Origin: Anaeramoeba ignava BMAN
Lineage: Eukaryota; Protista; Anaeramoebae
Direction: 5' to 3'
Length of the DNA: 64,000 nucleotides
Assembly (NCBI GenBank): GCA_028826165.1
Contig: JAPDFW010000080.1
Location: 1-64,000 of the forward strand
Below, piece after piece: positions 1 through 12,723 of the stretch (the stretch's first letter is position 1; every line of letters starts with the position of its first letter). The notes below the pieces were generated by a model that searched no databases, was not told where the DNA came from, and saw only the letters and a program-made list of their open reading frames with translations. The position numbers and the translations under genes are program-made.

Positions 1-2240
1 TGATTTATATTTGTTTCCTCTATTAATATCTAATTCTGCGAAATGAGAAATTTGATAATTCCCCCTTGAATTTTCATTTTGGATTCTCTTCACAAATTAA
101 ATGCAATAGACTTTCATTCTTGATTGTTTTTGGCATTAATATCTAATCCTTTTCAACAAGAAATTTGATAATTTCATTGAATTTTCATTTAGATTTCTGC
201 AAATTAAATGCAAAAGCTGTTTCATTATTGTTTGTTTTCATTAGCATCTGCTCCGTTTGAAACAAGAAATTTGATAATTTCAACTGAGTTGAGATTTTGC
301 AAATAAAATGTAATGGAGTTTCATTATTTTCCGTTCTTTTTCATTAACATCAGCTCCATTTTCAACAAGAAACTTAATAATTTCCGCTGAATTTTGTTTC
401 GATTTTACAAGCAAAAATGCAAAGGAGTCATATCACGAGATGTTTTATCATTAATGTTTGCTCCATTTGCAAACAAGAAATTTTGATAATTTTCATATAA
501 ATTTGAGTTTTTACTTTGGCAAATAAAAATGTAATGCTGTTTCATTATAATTTGTTTTATCATTCACATTTGCTCCTTTTTGAAACAAGAAGTTTGATCG
601 ACTCAAATAATTTAGGATTTTCATTTTCATTTTCATTTTCATTTTCATTTTGGAATGGAAACTCTAATTGATTTTGATATTGGCAAACTTATATGTAATG
701 GTGTTTGCTTTTACATGTTTTGCATTAACATCTGCTCCATTTTCAACTCAAGAAATTTTTGATCATCTCGACTTTTGTATTTGAACTTTGACAAACAAAA
801 TGTAATGGTGTTTGGTTATTGTTATGAGATTATATTAACATCTGCTCCGTTTTCAACAAGTAATTTGATAATTTCATTTGAATTTGATTTTTCACTTTGC
901 ACAAACAAAATGTAACGGTGTTTGATTTTGATTTGTTTTTCATTAACATCTAATCCTTGTGAAACAAGAAATTTTGATAATTTCTATTGAATTTGGATTT
1001 GAATTTTGACAAGCAAAATGTAATGGTGTTTCATTATTATTTGTTTTGGCATTAATATTTGCTCCTTTTGAAATGAGAAATTTGATAATTTCATTTGAAT
1101 TTGGATTTGGACTTTGACAAGCAAAATGTAATGGTGTTTCATTGTTATATGTTTTAGCATTGACATCTAATCCTTTTGAAACAAGAAATTTGATAATTTC
1201 AATCGAATTTGGATTTGAACTTTGACAAGCAAAATGTAATGGTGTTTCATTATTATTTGTTTTGGCATTAATATCTAATCCTTTTGAAACGAGAAGCTTG
1301 ATAATTTCTATTGAATTTGGATTTGGACTTTGACAAGCAAAATGTAATGCTGTGCAATTTCTATTTGTTTTATAACTAGAATCTAATCCTTTTTCAATAA
1401 GAAATTTGATAGTTTCAATTGAATTTGGATTTGAACTTTGACAAGCAAAATGTAATGGTGTTTCATTATTATTCGTTTTGGCATTAATATCTGCTCCGTT
1501 TTCAATAAGAAATTTAATAATTTCAAATGATTTTGGATTTGGATTTTGGCAAATTAAATGCAATGGTGTTTCATTTTGATTTGTTTTGGCATTAACATCT
1601 AATCCTTTTGAAACAAGAAATTTGATAATTTCAAATAAATCTGGGTTTTGATTTCGACAAGCAAAATGTAATGGTGTTTCATTATTATTTGTTTTGATTT
1701 TGACATTTTCTCCATTTGAAACAAGAAATTTGATAATTTCAAATGAATTTGGGTTTGGACTTTGACAAGCAAAATGTAATGATGTTTCATCTTCATAAGT
1801 TTTGGCATTAATATCTGCTCCGTTTTCAATAAGAAATTTGATAATTTCAAATGATTTTGGATTTGGACTTTGACAAATTAAATGTAGAATTGTTTCATTA
1901 TTTTGCATTTTGACATTAATATCTGCTCCTTTAGAAACAAAGGAATTTGATAATTTCATCTGAATTTTCACTTTAATTTTCGATTTTGACAAAACAAAAT
2001 GTAATGGTGTTTCATTATGATAAGTTTTGGCATTAATATCTGCTCCATTTGAAACAAGAAATTTGATAATTTCAAATGATTCTGGATTTATATTTTGGCA
2101 AATTAAATGTAATGGTGTTTCATTAAAATTATTGGAAATATTAACATTGATTCCTTTTTGAAATGTGAAATTTAACTGATTCAAATGAATTATGTTGACA
2201 TGCACTTAATAAATCTTGAAATAAAAACTTTTTGATTCAT
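1..2240 (-). CDS. Ankyrin-repeat protein (36-aa repeats); runs off the left window edge, frameshifted at both ends
   Basis: ORF 943-2205 has about 11 repeats of NAKTxxNETPLHFACQSPNPNSIEIIKFLVSKGxDx (TPLH ankyrin motif). The same repeats continue in broken frames over 1-943. The likely true ATG is at 2240 (MNQKVF...), with a frameshift before the ORF. Confidence 0.85.
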
Positions 2241-2706
2241 TTTTAAAGAAAAAAAATGAAATGAAAAAAAAATGAAAAAAAATATTTTTATTTTTATTTT
2301 TATTTTTCCTTTTTATTTAATTCTTATTTTTCCTTTTTTTGCTTTTTTTTTTTTTTATTCTCCTTTTTCTCCTTTTTATTTTGAATTTAAAATTTGAATT
2401 TGGATTTAATTGATAAAAATCTTTTAATTCTTTAAATTCTTCTTTTAATTCTTTTGAATTTCTTTTGTTTTATCAAATTCATCATGATAAAAAGAAATAT
2501 ATTAATTGATTTAATGTTGAAAATGATTTTCTTGAATAATCTTGAACTTGATCAATTGGATCTTTAATATTTAATTGAAACATTGTTTTAAATAATCCAC
2601 TTCTTATTATTAAAAAGAAAAATTAAAAGATCAAATTGATCAAAAAGGCAAATCTTTTTGATCTTTAAAAAAAAAATTTATTTTCTTTCTCAATTTTTGA
2701 TTAAAA

Positions 2707-5700
2707 ATGAAAATGATAATAATTTTAATTCTTTTATTATTGAAAGTTGAAAATCAAACATTTTTAAACAGATGGTTGTATTTCTTGAATTTTCACCAGA
2801 AAATGGATTTGGTTTCTCTCAAATTCAGAAATGCAAATAAACATTTCAATAAGTGAAAAATCAAAGTAAAATTTTTCCAAAAACAAAAACAAAAATAAAT
2901 TCAACAACTTAAAAATAATTTTTGATAAATAAATTGAAAAGAATTAAAACAGGAGCAGGTTTTTCAAATTTGAGTGATTATTCAAATGAAGATTCAAAAA
3001 TTTTTAACTGATTTACTTTTAGGGATTCCAGTTTTTATGCAGATCATTCGATTGTAAATTATTTTAATTAATTTTTGAATTAATTTTTGAATTAATTTTT
3101 GAATTAATTTTTGAATTAATTTTTAGTTTCTTTTGGATTTAAATTCATCTGAAATTATTGTTCCAAATGAAGCAACAAATTATGAAACAAATAATAAAAT
3201 TGGAGTTAAATTTATAAATTTAGAAATGAATCATTTATTTGAATTATTTACTTCTTTAAGGATTTTTGATTCTGAAACAACAAATCAACATCATTCAATT
3301 GAAGTAATTATAAAAAAAATTTTTTTTTATTCCACTTTTTTATTCCACTTTTTTTTATTTTTTTTTAAATTTTTTTTTAAATTTTTTTTTTAAATTTTTT
3401 GATTTTTCTAATTTAATAGTGGACAGGATTTATTCAATACTCAACTTTACCTCTTCTTTTAGATACTATTACTCAACCAAATCCTCCAAATTTCTGTTCA
3501 AAATTTACAGAATTAAATTTTACAATTCAAGACAAAAAACCAAAACAAAATTATGGATTACAAAAAATTAACGTAAATTATATAAATAATGAAGAATGGA
3601 TTTTAGAGATTACTGCAGATATTGATATTTCAGATTCATTTCCAACGGAAAAAAAGATTATCATTAAAAAATTTGAAGTAAATTCAGTAGAATATTCACT
3701 TGAAAATGAAATTAGTATGAATTTTTTGATAAATGGAGAAGCTGAAATAATAGTTCCAATTATGAAGGCAGGCGAGCATGAGAACTTAATTGAATACACA
3801 GAAGGAAATTCACCAGAAGGAGTAGAGACTATTCAACAAGAAATAACAGAAAAAAGAGCCGAAATGATATTTGATTTGCACAAAGAAGGATCATTTAATC
3901 TTGAGATTTTTGACATGAATCTTGGATATTTTCGACCTTTAGAAATTGGAGATCCTGAATCAGTTGAGGAGGTTTATCAAAGCGGAACTTACTGGCTGGG
4001 AAAATTCACAAACAAAACTGATAATGATTCGATAATTTATCTGAGTTTTTCGATCGGAGAATACAGATCAAACAAGAGTTGGTTTTATTACAAAGAACCC
4101 GAAGTCCATGGAGTGAATTGCCCGATGGGATCTTTAAGAAACATGATGTGTCCATTCTGCCAAAATGGACAACTTCATATGTTGGGAGTTGATTTGACAA
4201 CAATTTTTTCTTCTTATAATTTTTCTCTTCAAGATCGAATTGTTGATCAAAATAAATCAATTGATTTTTCAATCGGTTCACAATTCCTCCTCTTTCAATT
4301 TGTCTTCAGAACCGTTTTATCAAGATCAATATGAACATCTCTGTTTTGAATTTTGATGAAATTGTTCCTAATTTTTAAATCAATTCAAAATGATCGATTG
4401 TTTGTTGAAAAATTATGATCTTTATGATTCATGGATCGCAACAATTTATCCAGATGGCGGTTTGTGAACCAGCAGTATTTCAATGATTCACTTGATTCTA
4501 TTGGTGTTTTTAATGGATGTTTTTATTAATCAAAATGATTTTTGTATGCAAGAGCAAGGATCAGGGATTGAAATTTTCAGCTTCATATTTTGTTCATAAT
4601 AATTTTGATAACATCACAGTTAAAAATTGAGAATTTCAACACAAATCTTTGGAATAACAGTGTTGTTCAAAAGGATACGTTTTGGATCAGATAATCAATC
4701 ACTTGTTTTCCAGCCAGAAAAATGTTGGATCGATGTCATTACTCTTTGGTGTGAATTCTTCATTTCTTTCTTTTTGCCTCAAATTTCCAATTTCTCGAAG
4801 GAAAACTTCTCTTTAATAACTGATTCAAACAACTTTAAAAAAGCAACAATTGAGTTTCAAATTGAAAACAATGGCGAAGTTAGTGGGATGATTGTTGGAT
4901 ATTTGAGCTGCAATAATTCGGATTTGGTAATCAATCCTGACAATCCAAAGCAAATGAATATTTCCTCAAATAGTAAATCCAGTTTGGTTTTTGAAGTGGA
5001 TTATGAATCTAGTTTGGATGAAGATGCCAAAATTGAATGTGAATTGGATATAAGTCAAAATTCACTTCCTTTATGGAATATCACTTATGAAAATGAAACA
5101 GTAAACGGACTAATCATTCCTATTTATAATGGATGTTTGTTTCAACGCGCAGATCCCTATTTTCCTGTTGATGGTATTTCAGGAATTCAAGTTGATAATT
5201 TTGACACAAATCAAGAATCAAATGAAAATTCATTTCAACTTAAATTTCTTGTAAAAATCAACAATTCTCCAGTTAGTGCTGTTTTTAGTCTTGATTGCTT
5301 TATCAATTCTTCACTTATTCTCCACGAAACCAATTCAATTAATTTTTCTCAATCTGAAATCCAGAAATATGTTGATTGGATTGTTGTTTTTGAGTCATCT
5401 TTTGAATATCCATTTTCGATTCAATGTGAAATTGAAAGTGAAATTGAAATGGAATCATGTTGGTCAAATAACAGCAAATTTTCCAATTCTTCTTTTGATT
5501 TTCTCTTTCAAATTCAACAAGATCAAAAAGATTCAAGTGGTTTTTGGAATTCGAAGTTGGGATCTTTTCTTTATAAAATGGGGGGAGATTCTAAACTTGG
5601 GGGAGTTTTTTGTTTTATTTTCTTTCTTCTTCTTTTTCTTACTTTGTTGATTTTTGTTCCACTTTTTTTACTTTTTAAATCCAAAAAGAAAAAATTATTT

Positions 5701-5955
5701 CAAAATCAATCAAAAGATTTTGAATTGAAAAAAGTTAAAAATGAAAATTTACAAAAAGAATTTGAAATGGATCAAGTTGTTGAAAATCCTTTAAAGAAAA
5801 AAAGAGAGAAAATGAAAGATTTAGAAAAAAATGCAGATGAATTATTATCTCAAATTGGAATTGAAGAAGAAGAAAAAAAAAGAAATAAAAAAAGTGGATT
5901 AACTTTAAAAGAAAAAATGGAAAGAGATTTTGATTCAATAATAAATCAAAAATAA
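2707..5955 (+). CDS. HAP2: HAP2/GCS1-like (fusexin, class II) membrane fusogen, divergent; frameshifts at about 2770-2850 and 4290-4700
   Basis: Signal-like start MKMIIILILLLL at 2707. Probable introns at ~2866-2952, ~3054-3126 and 3304-3419. HAP2-like segments occur in the expected order: INGEAEIIVPI, EITEKRAEMIFDLHKEGSFN...RPLE, GVNCPMGSLRNMMCPFCQNGQLHMLGVD, and the HAP2-GCS1 signature reconstructed across 1-nt indels at 4491-4586 (DSIGVFNGCFINQNDFCMQEQGSGLKFQL vs IGVxYxAFxxQPxFCxxxxxSCLxNQL). These are followed by Ig-like ATIEFQIENNGEVSGMIVGYLSC, a single TM helix and a Lys-rich tail. Confidence 0.72.
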
Positions 5956-6056
5956 AAAAATTAAGGAAAAAAAAAAGTTCCATTTATTTTTGTGTTTCAA
6001 AAATCAAATTCAATCAAATCAAATGATTCTAAAGAATTTCTAAACCAAAATTTAAT

Positions 6057-9000
6057 TTAAATCAAAATTCCACTTTCTTTCTTTTTTTCATTTTCTTTTG
6101 GTTTTTCATCTGTAGGTTTTTTTTGTGCATTTTTCATTGCACCAAAATTGAGATGGTGTTTTTGTTGAAATTCCACAACTTCTTTTGATTTTAATTCTAA
6201 TTGTTTTTGGAGTGATTCTTTTGTTTTTTCCATCTAATTTTATAAATAATTTTATAAATAATTTTATATATAATTTTATAAATAAATTTATAAATAATTT
6301 TATAAATAATTTTATAAATAATTTTATATTTAATTTTATAAATAATTTTATAAATAATTTTATAAATAATTTTATAATTAATTTTATAATTAATTTTATA
6401 TTTAATTTTATATATAATTTTATAAATAATTTTATAAATAATTTTATAAATAATTTTATAAATAATTTTATATTTAATTTTATAATTAATTTTATATTTA
6501 ATTTTATAAATAATTTTATATATAATTTTATAAATAATTTTATAAATAATTTTATATTTAATTTTATATATAATTTTATATATAATTTTATAATTAATTT
6601 TATAAATAATTTTATATATAATTTTATAAATAATTTTATAAATAATTTTTAAATAATTTTATAAATAATTTTATAAATAATTTTATAAATAATTTTATAT
6701 TTAATTTTATATTTAATTTTATAAATAATTTTATAAATAATTTTATAATTAATTTTATAAATAATTTTATAATTAATTTTTATAATTAATTTTATAATTA
6801 ATTTTATAAATAATTTTATAAATAATTTTTATAAATAATTTTATAAATAATTTTATAAATAATTTTATATTTAATTTTATATTTAATTTTATATTTAATT
6901 TTATAATTAATTTTATATTTAATTTTATAAATAATTTTATATTTAATTTTTATAAATAATTTTATAAATAATTTAATAAATAATTTTATTAATAATTTTA
7001 TAAATAATTTTATATTTAATTTTATAAATAATTTTATTAATAATTTTATATTTAATTTTATAAATAATTTTATAAATAATTTTATAAATAATTTTTATAT
7101 TTAATTTAATAAATAATTTTATAAATAATTTTATATTTAATTTTATCAATAATTTTATATTTAATTTTATATTTAATTTTATAATTAATTTTATATTTAA
7201 TTTTATATATAATTTTTATAAATAATTTTATATTTAATTTTATAAATAATTTTATAAATAGTTTTATAAATAATTTTATATATAATTTTTATAAATAATT
7301 TTATAAATAATTTTTTAAATAATTTTATAAATAATTTTATAAATAATTTTATAAATAATTTTATAATTAATTTTATATTTAATTTTATAAATAATTTTAT
7401 AAATAATTTTATAATTAATTTTATAAATAATTTTATAATTAATTTTATAATTAATTTTATAATTAATTTTATATTTAATTTTATATTTAATTTTATAAAT
7501 AATTTTTATAAATAATTTTATAAATAATTTAATAAATAATTTAATAAATAATTTTATAAATAATTTTATAAATAATTTTATAAATAATTTATAAATAATT
7601 TATAAATAATTTTATATATAATTTTATAAATAATTTTATATATAATTTTATAAATAATTTAATAAATAATTATATAAATAATTTTATAAATAATTTTATA
7701 TTTAATTTTATAAATAATTTTATATATAATTTTATAAATAATTTTATAATTAATTTTATATTTAATTTTTATAAATAATTTTATATATAATTTTTATAAT
7801 TAATTTTATATTTAATTTTATAAATAATTTTATAAATAGTTTTTATAAATAGTTTTATAATTAATTTTATAATTAATTTTATAAATAATTTTATAAATAA
7901 TTTTATAATTAATTTTATAAATAATTTTATAAATAATTTTATAATTAATTTTTATAAATAATTTTATAATTAATTTTATAAATAATTTTATAAATAATTT
8001 TATAATTAATTTTATAAATAATTTTATAAATAATTTTATAATTAATTTTATATTTAATTTTATATTTAATTTTATAAATAATTTTATAAATAATTTTATA
8101 ATTAATTTTATAATTAATTTTATAAATAATTTTTAAATAATTTTATAAATAATTTTATAAATAATTTTATAATTAATTTTATAAATAATTTTATAAATAA
8201 TTTTATAAATAATTTTATAAATAATTTTATTAATAATTTTATAAATAATTTTATAAATAATTTTATAAATAATTTTATATTTAATTTTATAAATAATTTT
8301 ATATTTAATTTTATAAATAATTTTATAAATAATTTTATAAATAATTTTTATATTTAATTTTATAAATAGTTTAATATTTAATTTTATAAATAATTTTATA
8401 ATTAATTTTTATAAATAATTTTATATATAATTTTATAAATAATTTTATATTTAATTTTATAAATAATTTTATATTTAATTTTATAAATAATTTTATAATT
8501 AATTTTATAATTAATTTAATAAATAATTTTATAAATAATTTTATAATTAATTTTATAATTAATTTTATAATTAATTTTATAAATAATTTTATAAATAATT
8601 TTATAAATAATTTTATAAATAATTTTTATATTTAATTTTATAAATAATTTTATAAATAATTTTATAAATAATTTTATAAATAATTTTATAAAATAATTTT
8701 ATAATTAATTTTATATATAATTTTATAAATAATTTTATAAATAATTTTATATTTAATTTTATAAATAATTTTATAAATAATTTTATATTTAATTTTATAA
8801 ATAATTTTATATTTAATTTAATATTTAATTTTATATTTAATTTTATATTTAATTTTATAATTAATTTTATATTTAATTTTTATAAATAATTTTATAAATA
8901 ATTTTATATTTAATTTTATAAATAATTTTATAAATAATTTTATAAATAATTTTATAAATAATTTTATATTTAATTTTATAATTAATTTTATAATTAATTT

Positions 9001-10342
9001 TATAAATAATTTTATAAATAATTTTATATTTAATTTTATAATTAATTTTATAAATAATTTTATAAATAATTTTATATTTAATTTTATATTTAATTTTATA
9101 AATAATTTTTATATTTAATTTTATAAATAAATTTTATAAATAATTTTATATATAATTTTATAAATAATTTTATAATTAATTTTATATTTAATTTTATAAT
9201 TAATTTTATAAATAATTTTATATTTAATTTAATAAATAAATTTTATAATTAATTTTTATAAATAATTTTATAAATAATTTTTATATTTAATTTTATAATT
9301 AATTTTATAAATAATTTTATATTTAATTTTATAAATAATTTTATAAATAATTTTATAAATAATTTTATATTTAATTTTATAAATAATTTTATAAATAATT
9401 TTTATATTTAATTTTATAAATAATTTTATAAATAATTTTATATTTAATTTTATAAATAATTTTATAATTAATTTTATAAATAAATTTTATAAATAATTTT
9501 TATAAATAATTTTATAAATAATTTTATATTTAATTTTATAAATAAATTTTATAAATAATTTTATATATAATTTTATAAATAATTTTTATATTTAATTTTA
9601 TAAATAATTTTATAAATAATTTTATAAATAATTTTATATTTAATTTTATATTTAATTTTATAAATAATTTTATATTTAATTTTATAAATAAATTTTATAA
9701 ATAATTTTATATATAATTTTTATAAATAATTTTATAATTAATTTTATAAATAATTTTATAATTAATTTTATAAATAATTTTATATTTAATTTAATAAATA
9801 AATTTTATAATTAATTTTATAAATAATTTTTATAAATAATTTTATATTTAATTTTATAATTAATTTTATAAATAATTTTATATTTAATTTTATAAATAAT
9901 TTTATAAATAATTTTATAAATAATTTTATATTTAATTTTTATAAATAATTTTATAATTAATTTTATAATTAATTTTATAAATAATTTTATAAATAATTTT
10001 ATAAATAATTTTATAATTAATTTTATAAATAATTTTATAAATAATTTTATAAATAATTTTATAATTAATTTAATAAATAATTGTGTTTTGTAATTTGTAA
10101 TTTACATCAGCTAATTCTTTTTCAAGAATTGGAAGAACATCTCCTACTGTTTGTTCAACTAAAACATCATCAATTAATCGAAAACACTTTCTTGCTTTAT
10201 CAAGTGGAGTTAATGCTTTTACAACAACTTCATGTTCTCTTTTTTGTATTTCAGTATCATTAAAAAGATTAATTAAATTATCTTTTTCTTGAACAAGTTG
10301 ATTAAAATGTGTTGTAATTGCATTTTGTATTTGAGTTTGCAT
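6057..10342 (-). CDS. PFDN2: Prefoldin subunit 2 (beta-type); two exons, 10342-10106 and 6233-6057
   Basis: Exon 1 has EHEVVVKALTPLDKARKCFRLIDDVLVEQTVGDVLPIL, a PFDN2 signature. GT donor at 10105, AG acceptor at 6235-6234. Exon 2 continues in frame (MEKTKESLQKQLELKSKEVVEFQQKHHL...ESGILI*). Confidence 0.92.
6236..10078. repeat. ~3.85-kb 12-nt minisatellite (ATAAATAATTTT and variants) filling the prefoldin-2 intron
   Basis: Directly visible tandem array, almost free of G and C. Confidence 0.97.
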
Positions 10343-10509
10343 TTTAATTTAAATTAGAAAAGAAAAAAATGAAAAAAAAAAACTATAAAAAAATTTTCAT
10401 TTTTTCTTTTTTTTTTAATTTCATTTTTTTTTTCTCTTTTTTTTCTAATTTTTTTTTCCTCTTTTTTCCTTTATTTTTTTTTTATTGTAATTTAAAAATA
10501 ATTTAAAAA

Positions 10510-12588
10510 ATGGATTTGAATGCTCAATTTACAAAAAGAAAAACAGGTTTTAAAAAGAAAATTAATTTTGGTTACAGAAAAGATAAAAGAATGAAAATTG
10601 GACAAGAATTGAGCAAAAAAAAAAAAGAAAAACGATTAATGCAAAAAAGAAATTTAAAACTAAAATCAAAAGAAGATAACGTACATTTATTTTTAAAACA
10701 AAAACAATTAAAAATTTAACTAAAAATTTTAATTAATTTTTTTATTATTTATTAAGTCAATGGAATCTTTAATTCTTGATAGATTAAATGAAATTAATAT
10801 CAATGATATTCAATCAAATTTTCCTTTTTTAATTGATTCAAGAGATTCAATAAATTCTAAATGGTTTGAATCTTTATTTTCATTAGAAAATCCTGTTGAA
10901 ATGCTTGTTAATAGCTTTGAAAATGGTGATCAAATTCAACAAGTAAATTAAAAATTAAAATTTATTTATAAAATTAAAATTAAAATAAAAATTAAAATTA
11001 AAATTAAAATCAAAATCAAAATTAAAATTAAAATTAAAATTTAAAATTAAAATTAAAATAGCTTCAAGCAGGTTTAATTATTTCAATCGGAACTGGAAAA
11101 TATTTAAATAATGAAAATCAAATTGAAAATCAAAATCAAAATCAAAATCAAAATCAAATTCAAAATCAAACAAAATTTATTAACTCTTTAGAAGAAACTC
11201 AAATTTGTGCAGTTTCTATAAATCAATTAAACAATTCAGATGAAATGATTCAACAATCAGTATTTTTAAATGAATTATTTTATATTTATTTTTTTTTTGG
11301 ATTAATTATTATAAAATAATTCATTTTGAATAAAAAAAAATATTAAAGGCTATTACAATTCTTGGTAATCTTGCTCAAGAAAAAATCACTTTTAGAGATC
11401 AAATTATTGAACTTGGGTTTATTGAAGCAATAAAAAATATGGAATCTGCTCGAATTGAATTAGCACATGAATGTATTTGGGCTCTTTCTAGATGTTTTAT
11501 AAACAAAACTTATAATTTTCAAAATATTTCAAATGTAGAAATTGTTTTTTATTTTAAAATTAAAATCAAATTTAAATTTAAATTTAATTTTAATTTTAAA
11601 ATTATTTTTTATTAGTTACAATCAGTTATTTCCTTATTTTGTGGAAGTCTTTTATATGATGATACTCAAATTATCCAAGATTCAGCAATGGCTCTTGTTT
11701 ATTTATCTGATACTTCAGAAACAATACAATTTATTTTGAATGAAAATATTCTGAATAGACTTTTTGAATTGATAATGTAAAAAAATCTAATATTTATTTT
11801 TTCATTTTAATCAATAATTATTTTTTCTTATTTCTTATTTTTTTCTTTATTAGACATCCAGATTCAGAAATTCAAATTCCAATTTTAAGATTATTAGCAA
11901 ATATTTCAGTTGGTGAACAAGATCAAATACAAACTCTTATAAATATAAACATTCATGAAATTCTTGTTCAATTATTAGAAAATAATTTACAACAAATTCG
12001 GTAAAAAAAAAAAAAAAAATTTTTACTTTTAGGGAAAATTTTTTTATTAAAAAACAAAAACAAATTTTATAGGCAAATTTCTTGTTGTATTTTAGCAAAT
12101 ATTGTTGGAATTAATAGTGAAATTGTAGATTTTTTATTTCAATCAAATGCATTTGATTTTATTTATCAAATTATAGAAAAAGATGATCCACATGTTCAAA
12201 TTGAAGCAATTCCAATTGTGATTAATTCAATTTTGACAGGAACAAATGACCAAGTTTTGTAAGTTATTAATTGTCAAAAAAAAACAAAAACAAAAACAAA
12301 AACAAATGAAATTTATATTTTTTATTTTTTATTAGAAAAATTGCAAATAAAATCATTTTTGATTTCTTTGAAATTATTTTTTCAATTAAAGATTCTGGAA
12401 TTGCTTTAAATTTATTGTTTGCTTTAGAAAAAATTTTTGAAATTGATCCAAATAATATTTTATTATCAAAACCTCATTTTATTGATTTTTTAAATAATTT
12501 CTTGGAATTTAATGATATTGAAGTTGCTCGAAAAATTAGAGAATTAAAAATGAATTTTGTTGAGAAAAATATGAATCTTGAAAAATGA
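10510..12588 (+). CDS. Importin-alpha (karyopherin alpha), divergent; about 8 exons
   Basis: IBB-like N-terminus (RKTGFKKKINF...RKDKRMKIGQELSKKKKEKRLMQKRNL). ARM segments AITILGNLAQE..FRDQIIELG, DSAMALVYLSD and IQIPILRLLANISVGEQDQIQTLI. Stop TGA at 12586-12588. Confidence 0.8.
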
Positions 12589-12723
12589 ATAAAAAAAAAT
12601 AAAAGGATTTTCCTTTTAAATTTAAATTATTTTTTTTGTTTTTTTTATTTAATTTGTAAATGTCAAATTTATGTTTTTTTTCATTTTTTTTTCATTTTTT
12701 TTTTTTCATTTTTTTTTTCAAAA

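Noticed and set aside
4290-4700. Possible stop-codon reassignment or programmed frameshifting to explain broken ORFs
   Set aside because: Conserved genes end in TAA, TAG and TGA normally and have no in-frame stops. The breaks coincide with homopolymer indels.
6185-6652. ORF-track entries such as FINN, NINI, YIYI, SINQ, KIKI and FVFNII repeats (also 13187-13987, 15112-15528, 21156-21533, 35224-35536, 62043-63989)
   Set aside because: These are translations of intronic or intergenic satellites, or off-frame and antisense readings of low-complexity coding sequence.
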